NCBI GenBank assembly: GCA_963845515.1
Contig: CAWJSR010000028.1
Location: 196,039 to 260,038 of the forward strand
DNA length: 64,000 nt
Direction of reading: 5' to 3'
Origin: an uncultured delta proteobacterium
Lineage (GTDB): Bacteria > Myxococcota > Myxococcia > Myxococcales > Anaeromyxobacteraceae
Numbering within the stretch: the stretch's first letter is position 1; each line of letters opens with the position of its first letter. Positions 43,721 to 55,245 of the stretch are shown here, one piece after another. The translations under genes and the position numbers were made by a program. Below the pieces are notes generated by a model. That model did not search any database. It was not told where the DNA came from and saw nothing but the letters and a program-made list of their open reading frames with translations.

Positions 43721-44081
43721 TGACCAGCGACTCGAGGTGCCGGGCAGCGCTGACGGCAAGAATCGATTCAACTCCAACGGCAACCAGAAGCTGCCAGCAC
43801 GCGACAGCATCTGGCTTCTCGATCAAATCGAAATGTATTCATCAACCTCGGCCGACTGCTCGCGGATTGACCCAAATGGCGTTACACATCTTGGAACAGG
43901 TTGAGAAGTGGCTACTGCAAGATGGCGTAGTCGGCGAACGCCTAGGCTCGCGGCCGGACAGCTGATGGGCGAAGAGCCTGAACAGCTTCTTCGAGGGCTT
44001 TGAGTCGGGCATGGTGCAACTCGATTCGGTTCAAGGCTGAAATTGTGCCGCATCCCCGCATGTGCTGGCCCGGCAAGCCCG

Positions 44082-44678
44082 TCAGCGCAACGCGTCGCTG
44101 ACCCCGTAGGCCTGCAACCGCGACTGCACCGCCGCCACGTCGTGGCTCAGCAGCGCCAGGTCGTGCAGCTGGCCGTCGCGGTCCTTGACGTGGTCGCGCA
44201 GCAGCGCCTCGGCGCGGAAGCCCAGCTCCTCGAAGACCGCGATCGCCGCCACCTGGTCCACCGTCATCTGCGCGACCAGCTTGTCCAGGCCCAGCTCCAG
44301 CGCCTGCGCAAAACACTGCTGGATCAGCACGCGTCCCAGGCCGCGGCCGCGCCACACCGGCGCCACCAGCACGCGCAGCTCGCCCACGTGGCGCGACCAG
44401 GACAGCGCATCGACGACGATGGCCGAGCAACCGACCAGCACGCCCGCCTCGCGCACCGCCAGGCTGTGCAGCCGGCCTTCGGCGATGGCCTGCATCCACG
44501 CGGCGATGACCTTGGGCTGGCTGATGTCGCGGCGCAGGAACAGCAGGTCGTGCGCCGGCAGCTGCGGCGGCGAAGGCGGCCAGCGCCTGCGCGTCCTCGG
44601 GCTGCAGCCGCGCCAGTTCGAGCGTCGCGCCGTCGCAGCTGCAGGCTGCGCGGCAGGGCGTGTGCGGTCATCGTTCAT
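44082..44678 (-). CDS. GNAT acetyltransferase, frameshifted
   Basis: WSRHVGELRVLV, RGRGLG, AIAVFEELGF, LLRDHV. Confidence 0.87.
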   Translation of the reverse strand: MNDDRTRPAAQPAAATARRSNWRGCSPRTRRRWPPSPPQLPAHDLLFLRRDISQPKVIAAWMQAIAEGRLHSLAVREAGVLVGCSAIVVDALSWSRHVGELRVLVAPVWRGRGLGRVLIQQCFAQALELGLDKLVAQMTVDQVAAIAVFEELGFRAEALLRDHVKDRDGQLHDLALLSHDVAAVQSRLQAYGVSDALR

Positions 44679-45765
44679 GTCGAGCGTGCCTCCAGCCAGC
44701 GGTCGAGCGTCGGGCCACAGGCGCTTGACGGCATTGGGCCCGGCCACCAGGCTGACGTGGCCGCCGGGCAGCATCACCTCCTGCTTGTCGCGCGAGCGCA
44801 CGCGCTGCATCAGCGGCTGCGCGCAGGCCGGCGGCACGATGTGGTCGTGCTGCGCGATCACGTGCAGCAGCGGCAGCTTGATGCGCTTCAGGTCCACCGT
44901 CCTGCCGCCGATCTGCAGCGTGCCTTCGTGCAGCGCATTGCCCTGCATCAGCTGCTTGACGATCTGGCGGAAGTACTCGCTGGCCAGCGGCAGCGTCTCG
45001 GCGCCCCAGCGCTCCATCATGCGGTAGCCCTTGACGTAGTCGTCGTTCCACATGTTGTCCCACAGCCGCACCTGGCCGGCGATGCGGCCGGCCGGGCGCA
45101 GCGCGTCGAAGCCGGCGATGATCAGCTCGGACGGCACCACGTCGAGCTTGTCGCACAGCTTGTCGACGTCGAAGCGGCGCGCATCGGCCATGGTGCGGAA
45201 CAGCGTCATCTGCGAAAAGTCCAGCGGCGTGGTGAAGCACACCAGGTTGCGCAGCGCCGGCGCCGTCGTGCAGCGCGCGTGTACAGCAGCGACAGCACGC
45301 CGCCGAAGCAGTAGCCCACCAGCGTCAGCTCGTCCTCGCCCGACTGCTGCTGCACGCGCGCGATGCAGTCGGGGATGAAGTCGAGCACGTAGTCCTCGAT
45401 GCGCAGCCCGCGCTCGGCGGCGGTGGGCGCGTTCCAGTCCATCACGTAGACGTCGTAGCCGCGCTGCAGCAGGTACTCCACCAGGCTCTGGCCCGGCGCC
45501 AGGTCGAAGATGTAGGCCTTGTTGGTGGTGGCCATCACCAGCAGGATCGGCGTGCGGTAGATCTCGCTCTGCTGTCGGCTTGTAGTGGTACAGGCCCAGC
45601 GTGCCGCGGCGGCAGCAGCAGCGTCTTCGGCGTGGTGCCCACCACCGGCGCCGGCGAGCCCAGGTATTCGATGCCCTTCAGCCCGCGCTGCAGCAGCCGG
45701 TCGACCTCGGTGCGCAGCCGCTGCGCCACCGCGGCCGGCTTGGGGTCGGCGGTGGCCTGGGCCAT
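44675..45765 (-). CDS. phaC: Short (class III/IV-size) PHA synthase, frameshifted
   Basis: GTTPK, NKAYIFDLAPGQSLVEYL, GYCFGG catalytic Cys box, DHIVPP, GGHVSL. Confidence 0.82.
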
Positions 45766-45776
45766 GGTCTGCAGGG

Positions 45777-46179
45777 TCAGCGGTGCGCCGACGGGCGGCG
45801 CGGCGGTCTTGCGCGGCTTGGCCGCGGGTCGCTTGGCGGCCGGCGGCTCGGCCGCCGGCTTGCGCGTGCGCGGCGGGCGCGGCGCCGCGATGGCCTGCGC
45901 CGCGAGCAGGCTGTCGAGCTTGTCTTCCAGGCGCTGCAGCGTGGCCTTCATCTCGGCGAACTCGCGGCTGCTGGGCAGGTTCAGGCGCTTGTAGGCGCCT
46001 TCCATCGCCATCTCGACCGCCTGGCGCAGCGCCAGCGACAGGCCCGACACCTGGTGCAGCGTCTTCATCACCTGGTCGATCTCCATGCCCCGGCCGGCCA
46101 GCGTGTTGGCGCGGCCTTCCAGCCGGTTGACGGCCTGGCGCAGCAGTTCCAGCGGATCAGGGAGGAAGGATCTGGCCAT
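45777..46179 (-). CDS. PhaE/PhaR-like PHA synthase partner or granule-associated protein (3' end approximate)
   Basis: LNLPSSREF...LQRLEDKLD coiled coil, K/A/P-rich tail; directly upstream of phaC. Confidence 0.65.
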
Positions 46180-46263
46180 CGCACCTCCGGCGTGCCCGGC
46201 CGATCATTCTGGCACCCGAGCGGTGCGTGCGAAAACCCCGGGCGGACCCGAGGCGGGCGCCGA

Positions 46264-46899
46264 TCAGTCGGGGTGGCGCAGCGGCACGGCAAAGCCGCGC
46301 TGCACGGCCGGGCGCGCCATCAGCGCGGTGTACCAGCGCTGCACGTGCGGAAAGTCGGCCAGGTCGACCTGGTGGCGCGGGTGCCGCCAGGCCCAGCCGA
46401 GGATGGCGAAGTCGGCGATCGACAGCTCGCCGGCAAAGTGCTCGCGCGTGGCCAGCCGCTTGTCCATCACGCCGTACAGGCGCCGCGTCTCGTCCATGTA
46501 GCGCTTCAGGCCGTAGGCGCGCTGGGCTTCGTCCTTCAGCGCGATGAAGTGGTGCACCTGGCCGGGCATCGGCCCGAAGCCGCCCATCTGGAACATCAGC
46601 CACTCCAGCACCGCGATGCGCGCCGCCGGGTCGGCGGGCCAGAACTTGCCGCTCTTTTCGCCCAGGTAGACCAGGATCGCGCCGGATTCGAACACGCTGA
46701 TCGGCTGGCCGCCGGGGCCCTGCGGGTCGACGATGGCGGGGATCTTGCGGTTCGGGCTGATCGCCTCGAACTCGCTCGTGTGCTGCTCGCCGCGCGTGAT
46801 GTCCACCACCTTCACGTCGTAGGGCAGGCCCATCTCCTCCAGCGCGACGCTGATCTTGCGGCCGTTGGGCGTGTCGAAGGCGTACAGCTGGATCGTCAT
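46264..46899 (-). CDS. Glutathione S-transferase (YfcG/Nu class)
   Basis: TPNGRK, SPNRKIPAI, FESGAIL, WLMFQMGGFGP, SIADFA. Confidence 0.93.
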   Translation of the reverse strand: MTIQLYAFDTPNGRKISVALEEMGLPYDVKVVDITRGEQHTSEFEAISPNRKIPAIVDPQGPGGQPISVFESGAILVYLGEKSGKFWPADPAARIAVLEWLMFQMGGFGPMPGQVHHFIALKDEAQRAYGLKRYMDETRRLYGVMDKRLATREHFAGELSIADFAILGWAWRHPRHQVDLADFPHVQRWYTALMARPAVQRGFAVPLRHPD

Positions 46900-47665
46900 G
46901 CCTGCGGCGCGCGCATGGCGTTCAGGATCTGCTGCGAGCCCGCCGCCAGCAGCTGGGCGTCGGAGCCGACGGTGACGAAGCGGAAGCCCTTGGCCGCGCG
47001 GGCGCGCGCCACGTCGGGCAGGCCGTTGTGCACGCCCGCCACCACGCCATGCGCCTTGGCGCGTTCGAGGATGTGGTCGATGGCCTGCGCCGCCTTCGGG
47101 TCCGGGTTGTCGAAGTCCGGCCTGCAGCCCAGCGCCAGCGCCAGGTCGCTCGGCCCGATGTAGACCGCGTCCAGCCCCTCCACCGACAGGATCGTCGTCC
47201 AGGTTGTCCAGCGCCTGCGCGGTCTCGATCATCGCGAAGGCGACGATGGTGTCGTTGGCATGGGTCGGATAGTCGGGCCCGCCGTACAGCATGGCGCGCA
47301 CCGGCCCGAAGCTGCGCGTGCCGCGCGGCGCGTAGTGCGTGTAGGCCACCAGCTTCTGCGCGTCCTCGCGCGTGTTCACCATCGGGCAGATCACGCGCGT
47401 AGGCGCCGGCGTCCAGGCTCTTCATGATGATGCCGGGCTCCAGCCAGGGCACGCGCACCACCGGCACGGTCGGCGTGGTGGAGATGGCCTGCAGCATGGT
47501 CACCATCGCGGCGTAGTCGATCACGCCGTGCTGCATGTCGATGGTCAGCGTGTCCCAGCCCTGGTGCGCCATCACCTCGGCGGCAAAGCTGTTGGGGATC
47601 GCCAGCCAGCCGTTCACCGCGGCCTTGTCTTCGCGCCACAGCGTGCGCAGTCGGTTTTCTCTCAT
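46896..47665 (-). CDS. HpcH/HpaI class II aldolase, frameshifted
   Basis: IDMQHG, VVRVP, LDAGA, MIET, YIGPSDL. Confidence 0.9.
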
Positions 47666-47693
47666 GCCGATGTCTCCGTTGGGTTGTCGCCGC

Positions 47694-48654
47694 TCAATCG
47701 ATCTTGATGCCGCCCTGGGCCACCACGGTCGCCCAGGTCTTGCGCTCACGCTCGAAGAACTGCGTGAACTCGGCCGGCGTCATCGTATAGACCTCGGCGC
47801 CTTGCGACACCAGGCGCTCGCGCACCTCGGGCGAACGGATGATGGTGATGAGTTCGGCATTCAGCTTGTCGACCACGGCCTTCGGCGTGCCGGCAGGCAC
47901 CAGCACGCCTTGCCAGGTGCCGGACTCGAAGCCCTTGACGCCCTGCTCGGCAATCGTCGGCACGTTGGCCAGCAAGGGCGCGCGCTTGGCCTTGCTGCAC
48001 GCCGATGACCTTGAGCTTGCCGCTTTCCACGAAGGGCAGCGTGGCCAGCATGCCGTTCATCAGCACCTGCGTCTGGCCGGCCACGGTGTCGCCGATGGCC
48101 TGCGAGCCGCCCTTGTAGGGGATGTAGGTCCACTTCGCGCCGGTGGCTCTTTCGATGGCCACGCCGGCCACGTGCGGCGCGCTGCCGATGGCGGTGACGG
48201 CAAAGTTCAACGGCTGTTTTTGCGACAGCGCCACCAGTTCGGCCAGGTTGCTGGCCGGCACCGACGGGTGCACCACCAGCAGGTGCGGCGAATAGGCCAG
48301 CATGGTCACGCCGCGCAGGTCCTTCGACGGGTCGAAGGGCAGCTTGCTGTACACCGACGCGGTGATGGCCAGCGCGCCCACGTCGCACAGCAGGAAGGTG
48401 TGGCCGTCGGGCGCCGACTTGGCGACGTAGTCGGTGCCGGTGTTGCCGTTGGCGCCGGGCTTGTTCTCGATGATGACCGTCTGCTTCAGCGCCTCGGACA
48501 GCGGCTTGCTGATGGCGCGCGCGATGATGTCGGACGAGCCGCCCGGCGGGTACGGCACGATGATGCGGATCGGCTTGCTGGGCCAGGCTTGTGCCAGCGC
48601 GACGGGCGTCAGGCACAACGCGGCGGCCAGGGCGCCAAGGGTTCGAAGAATCAT
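47694..48654 (-). CDS. Bug/TctC periplasmic substrate-binding protein, frameshifted
   Basis: WPSKPIRIIVPYPPGGSSD, ENKPGANG, PDGHT, IPYKG. Confidence 0.93.
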
Positions 48655-48665
48655 GAGGGCCTCCT

Positions 48666-48714
48666 GTTGTCAGTCGTCGTACAACAGCATAATTGCATTG
48701 GCCGGTCATGACAA
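48666..48714 (-). promoter_or_regulatory. sigma-70 promoter plus FadR-type operator upstream of the bug gene
   Basis: TTGTCA-N17-TATGCT directly followed by TGTTGTACGACGACTGACAAC (48686-48666). Confidence 0.75.
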
Positions 48715-48721
48715 GCCGGGC

Positions 48722-49462
48722 TCAACCCGACTCGAAACCCAGCGCGGCGGCGCGCCGGCGGCGCTCGCGGCTGTTGGCCAGGTGCGTGCGCATCGCCGCG
48801 CGCGCCGCATCGCTGTCCTGGTTGCGGATGGCGTCGAAGATGCTCTCGTGCTCGACATTGACGCGCTGCAGGTACAGGCGCTGCTCGTCGCTGATCTCGG
48901 GCGCGCCGTCGAGCCGGGCACGCGGAATGATCATCGTGCCCAGGCTGGACATCAGGTCGGCGAAGTGCGCGTTCTGCGTGGCCCGCGCCACCTCCAGGTG
49001 GAACTGGAAGTCGGGCCCGACGGCATCGCGGCCCTGCTCCACCGCCGCGGCCACGGCGTCGAGCGCGCTGCGCATCTGGCGCAGGTTGTCGGCATTGCGG
49101 CGCTGCGCGGCCAGGCTGGCGGCCTCGGTCTCGATGCCGATGCGCAGTTCGAGCACGGCGATCACGTCGCGCAGCGTCGCGAACTGCTCCGGCGCCAGCC
49201 GGAACGGCGCCGCATCGCCCAGGCCGACGACGAAGGTGCCGATGCCGTGGCGCGTCTGCACCAGGCCCGAGGCCTGCAGCTTGGAGATGGCCTCGCGCAC
49301 CACGGTGCGGCTGACGCCGAACTCGGCCATGAACTCGGCCTCGGTGGGCAGCTTGTCGCCGGCGGCCAGCCGGCCGTCGCGGATGCGGTCGCCCAGCGCT
49401 TCCACCAGTTCCAGCGCCAGACTGCGCGGGCGGCGCCGCAGCAGTTCGGTCGACGATTCCAT
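48722..49462 (-). CDS. FadR/GntR family regulator (probable uronate/aldarate regulon repressor)
   Basis: GDKLPTE, FGVSRTVVREA, GIGTFV; FCD domain FHLEVA, EHESI, MRTHL. Confidence 0.93.
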   Translation of the reverse strand: MESSTELLRRRPRSLALELVEALGDRIRDGRLAAGDKLPTEAEFMAEFGVSRTVVREAISKLQASGLVQTRHGIGTFVVGLGDAAPFRLAPEQFATLRDVIAVLELRIGIETEAASLAAQRRNADNLRQMRSALDAVAAAVEQGRDAVGPDFQFHLEVARATQNAHFADLMSSLGTMIIPRARLDGAPEISDEQRLYLQRVNVEHESIFDAIRNQDSDAARAAMRTHLANSRERRRRAAALGFESG

Positions 49463-49497
49463 GCCTGTCCTCCGCATAAACCCCGAGTCGGTCCGGC

Positions 49498-49553
49498 TTG
49501 ACAGCCGTCGCCTGTTTCCGGACCATCGCCAATGTTGTACGACAACTGATGAC
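49498..49553 (+). promoter_or_regulatory. sigma-70 promoter plus FadR-type operator upstream of udh
   Basis: TTGACA-N17-GACCAT, then TGTTGTACGACAACTGATGAC (49533-49553) with the palindrome GTTGT-N3-ACAAC. Confidence 0.78.
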
Positions 49554-49597
49554 GCATGGCAAGCCGGAATTCCCGCAAGCCCGTCCCACCAAATTCG

Positions 49598-50416
49598 ATG
49601 CCCGCCCACCCCACTGCCATCCGCTTTCGCCGCCTGCTGCTCACCGGGGCCGCCGGCGGCCTGGGGCGCGAGCTGCGCCCGCGCCTGAAGGCCTATTGCG
49701 ACACGCTGCGCCTGAGTGACATCGCGCCACTGGGCACGGCCGCGGCGGGCGAGGAATTGCAGGTCGTGGCGCTGCAGGATCAGCCGGCCGTGCACGCGCT
49801 GCTGCAGGACGTGGACGCGGTGGTGCACCTGGGCGGCGTGTCGGTGGAAGGGCCCTTCGAGCCGATCCTGCAGGCCAACATCGTCGGCATGCACAACCTG
49901 TACGAAGCGGCGCGCAAGCACGGCGTCAAGCGCATCGTCTTCGCCAGCTCCAACCACGTCACCGGCTTCTACCGGCAGGACGAGGTGATCGACGCGCGCA
50001 TGCCGATGCGCCCCGACGGCCACTACGGCCTGAGCAAGGCCTTCGGCGAGAACCTGGCGCAGTTCTACTTCGACCGCTACGGCCTGGAGACGGTGAGCCT
50101 GCGCATCGGCTCCAGCTTCCCCGAGCCGAAGGACCGGCGCATGCTGGCCACCTGGATGAGCTACGACGACCTGGAGCGGCTGGTGATGTCCAGCCTGACG
50201 GCGCCGGTGGTCGGCCACACCGTCATCTACGGCATGTCGGACAACACGGTCAGCTGGTGGGACAACACCCCGGCACGGCACATCGGCTACCGGCCGCAGG
50301 ACAGCTCCGAAGTCTTCCGCGCCGCGGTCGAGGCGCGACAGGCGCCGCTGGACATGAAGGACCCGGTGACGCTGTACCAGGGCGGCGGCTTCGTCACCAA
50401 GGGCCCCTACGAATGA
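49598..50416 (+). CDS. udh: Uronate dehydrogenase
   Basis: TGAAGGLG, VVHLGGVSVE, FASSNHVTGFY, YGLSK, LRIGSSFPEP. Confidence 0.88.
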   Translation: MPAHPTAIRFRRLLLTGAAGGLGRELRPRLKAYCDTLRLSDIAPLGTAAAGEELQVVALQDQPAVHALLQDVDAVVHLGGVSVEGPFEPILQANIVGMHNLYEAARKHGVKRIVFASSNHVTGFYRQDEVIDARMPMRPDGHYGLSKAFGENLAQFYFDRYGLETVSLRIGSSFPEPKDRRMLATWMSYDDLERLVMSSLTAPVVGHTVIYGMSDNTVSWWDNTPARHIGYRPQDSSEVFRAAVEARQAPLDMKDPVTLYQGGGFVTKGPYE

Positions 50417-50466
50417 TTTCCCGGCGGGCGCGGGCGCGCCCATTCACTGACGCAATGGAGACACAC

Positions 50467-51441
50467 ATGATGATTCGCAGAACCCTGATCGCCGCCGGCG
50501 CGGCCTTGGCTCGTACCCATGGCGGCGCACGCCCAGACCGTGCTGAAGGCCGCCGACGTGCACCCCGCCGGCTACCCCAACGTGGTCGCCGTCGAGAACC
50601 TGGGCAAGAAGCTCGAAGCCGCCACCAACGGCAAGTACAAGCTGCAGATGTTCCCCGGCGGCGTGCTCGGCGCCGAGAAGGAAATGGTCGAGCAGACGCA
50701 GGTGGGCGCGATCCAGATCGCGCGCATCTCGCTGGGCGTGCTGGGCCCGGTGGTGCCGACGGTCAACGTCTTCAACATGCCCTTCGTCTTCCGCGACGAG
50801 GCGCACATGCGCAAGGTCATCGACGGCCCCATCGGCCAGGAGATCCTGGACGCCATCACCGCCAGCCCGGCGCGGCTGGTGGCGCTGGGCTTCATGGACA
50901 GCGGCTCGCGCAGCCTCTACACCAAGAAGGCCGGTGCGCAAGATGGAGGACCTGAAGGGCCAGAAGATCCGCATGATGGGCAACCCGCTGTTCGTCGACA
51001 CCATGAACGCGATGGGCGGCAACGGCATCAGCATGGGCCACACCGAGGTCTTCAGCGCGCTGCAGACCGGCGTCATCGACGGCGCCGAGAACAACCCGCC
51101 GACGCTGTTCACGTCCAACCAGTACACCGCCGGCATCAAGTACTACACCCAGACGCACCACCTGATCATTCCGGAGATCTTCGTCATGTCCAAGGTCACC
51201 TGGGACAAGATGACGCCGGCCGAGCAGGCGCTGGTGAAGAAGTTCGCGCGCGAAGCGCAGCTCGAGCAGCGTGCGCTGTGGGACAAGAGCGTGGCCGAGT
51301 ACAGCGCCAAGCTCAAGGCCGCCGGCATCGAGTGGATCGAGGTCGACAAGAAGCCCTTCTATCGACGCCACCGCACCGGTGCGCGCCAAGTACGGCGCGG
51401 CCTACGCCGACCTGATCGCGCGCATCAACGCGGTGCAGTAG
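50467..51441 (+). CDS. TRAP substrate-binding protein (uronate-type DctP), frameshifted
   Basis: ADVHPAGYP, MPFVFRD, LKGQKIRMM, LQTGVIDGAENN. Confidence 0.9.
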
Positions 51442-51549
51442 CCCGCGCTGGCGACACGGGCTGCCGTCGCATCGCGCGGCGGCGGCGCCCGTCGATGCCG
51501 GTCCACATTCCCTGCCGCGCCACGGCGCGGCCGAGGTGCCATCCCCGTC

Positions 51550-52081
51550 ATGCAATCCACTGTCTCGGGCGCGCTCGACGCCATCTACCGGCTGTGCATC
51601 TGGGTCTCCGGCACGGCCATCGTCGTGATGTCGCTGATCGTGCCCTGGGGCGTGTTCGCGCGCTACGTGCTGGGCAGCGGCTCCAGCTGGCCCGAGCCGA
51701 TCGCCATCATGCTGATGGTCATCTTCACCTTCCTGGGCGGGGCCGCGGCCTACCGCGCCGGCGCGCACATCGCCGTGCAGATGCTCACCGCCAGCCTGCC
51801 GCCGGCGCTGCAGAAGGCCGCCGCAGTGTTCAGCGATCTGGTGATGCTGGCGGTGTGCGGCTTCATCGTCGTCTGGGGCACGAACCTGTGCATCGGCACC
51901 TGGGGCCAGTCGCTGGACACGCTGCCGTGGATGCCGGTGGGCCTGACCTACGCCGCGCTGCCGCTGGGCAGCCTGTTCACCGCGCTGTTCGTGCTGGAGC
52001 GCATGGCCTTCGGCTCGATGGCGCGGCGGCCGCTGGTGGCTCTTCGGCGAACCCGGCGCCGACTTTGAAGGAGCCGCCTGA
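51550..52081 (+). CDS. TRAP small permease (DctQ family)
   Basis: VFARYV, SWPE, GAHIAV; 4 TM segments. Confidence 0.88.
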
Positions 52082-53364
52082 TGGACGCGCTGGTGCTGCT
52101 GGGCAGCTTCTTCGTGCTGATGATCCTGGGCGTGCCGGTGGCCTACGCGCTGGGCATGGCCTCGCTGATCGGCGCGCTGTGGATCGACTGCCGCTGGACG
52201 CGGTGATGATCCAGATCGCCGCCGGGGTCAACAAGTTCTCGCTGCTCGCCATCCCCTTCTTCGTGCTGGCCGGCGCGATCATGGCCGAAGGCGGCATGGC
52301 GCGGCGGCTGGTGGCCTTTGCCGGCGTCTTCGTCGGCTTCCTGCGCGGCGGGCTGTCGCTGGTCAACATCCTCGCCTCCACCTTCTTCGGCGCGATCTCG
52401 GGCTCGTCGGTGGCCGACACCGCGTCGATCGGCTCGGTGCTGATCCCCGAGATGGAGAAGAAGGGCTACCCGCGCGACTTCTCCACCGCGGTCACCGTCA
52501 GCGGCTCGATCCAGGCGACGCTGATCCCGCCCAGCCACAACGCGGTGATCTATTCGCTGGCCGCGGGTGGCGGCGTGTCGGTGGCCGCGCTGTTCCTGGC
52601 CGGCGTGCTGCCCGGGCTGCTGCTCGGCCTGACCATCGCCGCGCTGTGCCTGGTGATCGCGCACAAGCGCAACTTCCCGGTGGGCGAACGCATCCCGCTG
52701 AAGCGCGCGCTGCAGATCTGCGTCGAGGCGCTGTGGGGCCTGATGACCATGGTCATCATCCTCGGCGGCATCCTGAGCGGCGTGTTCACCGCCACCGAAT
52801 CGGCGTCGATCGCGGTGCTGTGGGCGTTTTTCGTCACGATGTTCATCTACCGCGACTACAAGTGGCGCGACCTGCCCAAGCTGATGCACCGCACGGTGAA
52901 GACGGTGACCATCGTGATGATCCTGATCGGCTTCGCCGCCAGCTTCGGCTACCTGATGACGCTGATGCAGATCCCGGCCAAGGTGACGGCCTTCTTCGTC
53001 AGCATCTCCGACAGCAAGATGGTGATCCTGCTGATGATCAACGTCATGCTGCTGCTGCTGGGCACGCTGATGGACATGGCGCCGCTGATCCTGATCTGCA
53101 CGCCGATCCTGCTGCCGGTGGTCACGAGCCTGGGCGTGGACCCGGTGCACTTCGGCATGATCATGATCGTCAACCTGGGCATCGGGCTGATCACGCCGCC
53201 GGTGGGCACGGTGCTCTTTGTCGGCAGTGCGGTGTCGAAACTACCGATCGGCGTGGTCACCAAGGCGATGGCGCCGTTCTTCGTGGCGCTGCTGATCGTG
53301 CTGGGTCATGATCACCTACATCCCGGCGCTGTCGCTGTGGCTGCCGCGGCTGCTGGGCGTGTGA
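52081..53364 (+). CDS. TRAP large permease (DctM family), frameshifted
   Basis: LLAIPFF, ISGSSVAD, IPPSHN, FTATES, DPVHFG, ITPPVG. Confidence 0.92.
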
Positions 53365-54358
53365 AGATCTTCCTCAGCTTCAAGTCCCGCGGCGCCCGCG
53401 CCCAGTACTACGGCGACAAGGCGCTGCGCGGCTTGCGCGAGCTGGGCGAGGTGCGGCTGAACGACAGCGACGCCGCGCTCGACGGCCAGGCGCTGATCGA
53501 CGCCGCGCAGGGCTGCCAGGTGATCGTCAGCGACCGCCAGACGCCGGGCGCGCGCGGGCTGTTTGCCGCCAGCCCGCAGCTGGCCGTGTTCCTGCGCTGC
53601 GCGATGGACATCCGCAACGTCGATGTCGCCGCCGCCAGCGCCGCCGGCGTGCTGGTGACGCATGCCAGCGCCGGCTTCGCCACCGCGGTGGCCGAATGGG
53701 TGCTGGGCGCGATGATCGACCTGAGCCGCGGCATCAGCGACAGCGTGCTCGCCTACCGCGCCGGCCAGGCACCGGCCATCGTCATGGGCCGCGAACTGCA
53801 GGGCGCGACGCTCGGCGTCATCGGCTACGGCCAGATCGGCCGGCGTGTGGGCGCGCTGGGCCAGGCACTGGGCATGCGCGTGCTGGTCAGCGACCCGATG
53901 CTGCGTGTCGCCGAAGCCGGCATCGAGCAGCTCGAACTCGACGCGCTGCTGGCGCAGTCGGATCACGTGGTGTGCCTGGCGCCGGCGCGGGCCGAGACCG
54001 AGAACCTGATGAACGCGGCGCGCTTTGCGCAGATGAAGGCCGGCGCGTTTTTCATCAACGCGTCGCGCGGCGACCTGGTCGACGAAGCCGCGCTGCTGCA
54101 GGCGCTGGACAGCGGCCACCTGGCCGGCTGCGCGCTGGACGTCGGGCGCGCACCCGACCAGATGCCCTCGCCCGCGCTGGCGCGGCATCCGCGGGTCATC
54201 GCCACGCCGCACATCGGCGGGCTGACACCGCCGGCCGTCGAACATCAGGCCCTGGAAACCGTGGCCCAGCTGCGCGAGCTGCTGCGGGCCGCATGCCCAT
54301 CGGCGCGGTCAATGCCGCACAGGCACAGCGCCTGGCGCTGCTGCGCGGCGGCGCCTGA
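53361..54358 (+). CDS. D-isomer-specific 2-hydroxyacid dehydrogenase, frameshift near the 3' end
   Basis: LGVIGYGQIG, FINASRG, ALDV, TPHIGG. Confidence 0.9.
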
Positions 54359-54375
54359 ACCGCGCAGGCCGCCGC

Positions 54376-55227
54376 ATGGGACACTGCCCAGCGCCGCATC
54401 ACCGCGTCTGCCGGCCGGGGCCTGCGATTGCCACATGCATGTCTTCGAGCCGCGCTTCGGCGGCCAGGGCGACACGCCCGCACCACTGGCCAGCGCAGCG
54501 ATGTACCGCGAGGTGCAGGCGCAGTTGGGCCTGCAGCGCGTGGTGGTGGTGCAGGCCAATCGCTACGGCGCCGACAACCGCGGCATGCTCGAGGCGATGG
54601 CCACCTTCGGCGACGGCGCGCGCGGCGTGGTCGTGATCGAGCCGGACACCGACGACGCCGAGCTGCAGCGCCTGCATGCGCTCGGTGTGCGCGGCGTGCG
54701 TTTCCACATGCTCAGCGGCGGCCATCTGCAATGGGCGCAGCTCGACGCGGTGGCCGCGCGCGTACGGCCCTTCGGCTGGCACCTGCAGCTGCAGTTCGAC
54801 GGCTGGACCTTGCCCGCGCATGCGGCGCGGCTGCGCGCGCTGCCGGTGGACATCGTCATCGACCACCTCGGCAAGTTCATCTCGCAGCCGCCGCCCGGCG
54901 TCGACGACCCGGCCTTTCGTGCGTTGCTGGGCCTGCTCGAGGGTGGCCGCTGCTGGGTCAAGCTGTCGGCGCCCTACGAGTCCTCGCGCCTCGGCGCGCC
55001 GGGCTACGACGACGTGGCGCCACTGGCCCGCGCGCTGGCCGCATCGCACCGCCGAGCGCTGCGTCTGGGGCAGCAACTGGCCGCACCCGGGGCGCAAGCC
55101 GGCGCCGTCGAGGCGGCGCTGCTCGACCTGCTGCTCGATTGGGCCGGCGACGAGCACACCGCCGCGGCGCATCCTGGTCGACAACCCGCAGCGGCTCTAC
55201 GATTTCGGCTCGCCCACGCCACACTGA
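54376..55227 (+). CDS. Amidohydrolase_2 lactonase/isomerase-like protein (LigI/Gli group), frameshifted
   Basis: ACDCHMHVF, VVVQ...YG.DN, GVRGVRF, IDHLG, WVKLSAPY, WGSNWPHP, DNP.RLY. Confidence 0.87.
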
Positions 55228-55245
55228 ACACAGGCCATCGACACG

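Noticed and set aside
44082..46179. Apparent PhaC-GNAT and PhaE-PhaC in-frame fusions
   Set aside because: An ATGA overlap at 44675-44678 and frameshifts at the junctions explain them; PhaE-PhaC read-through cannot be fully excluded without reads.
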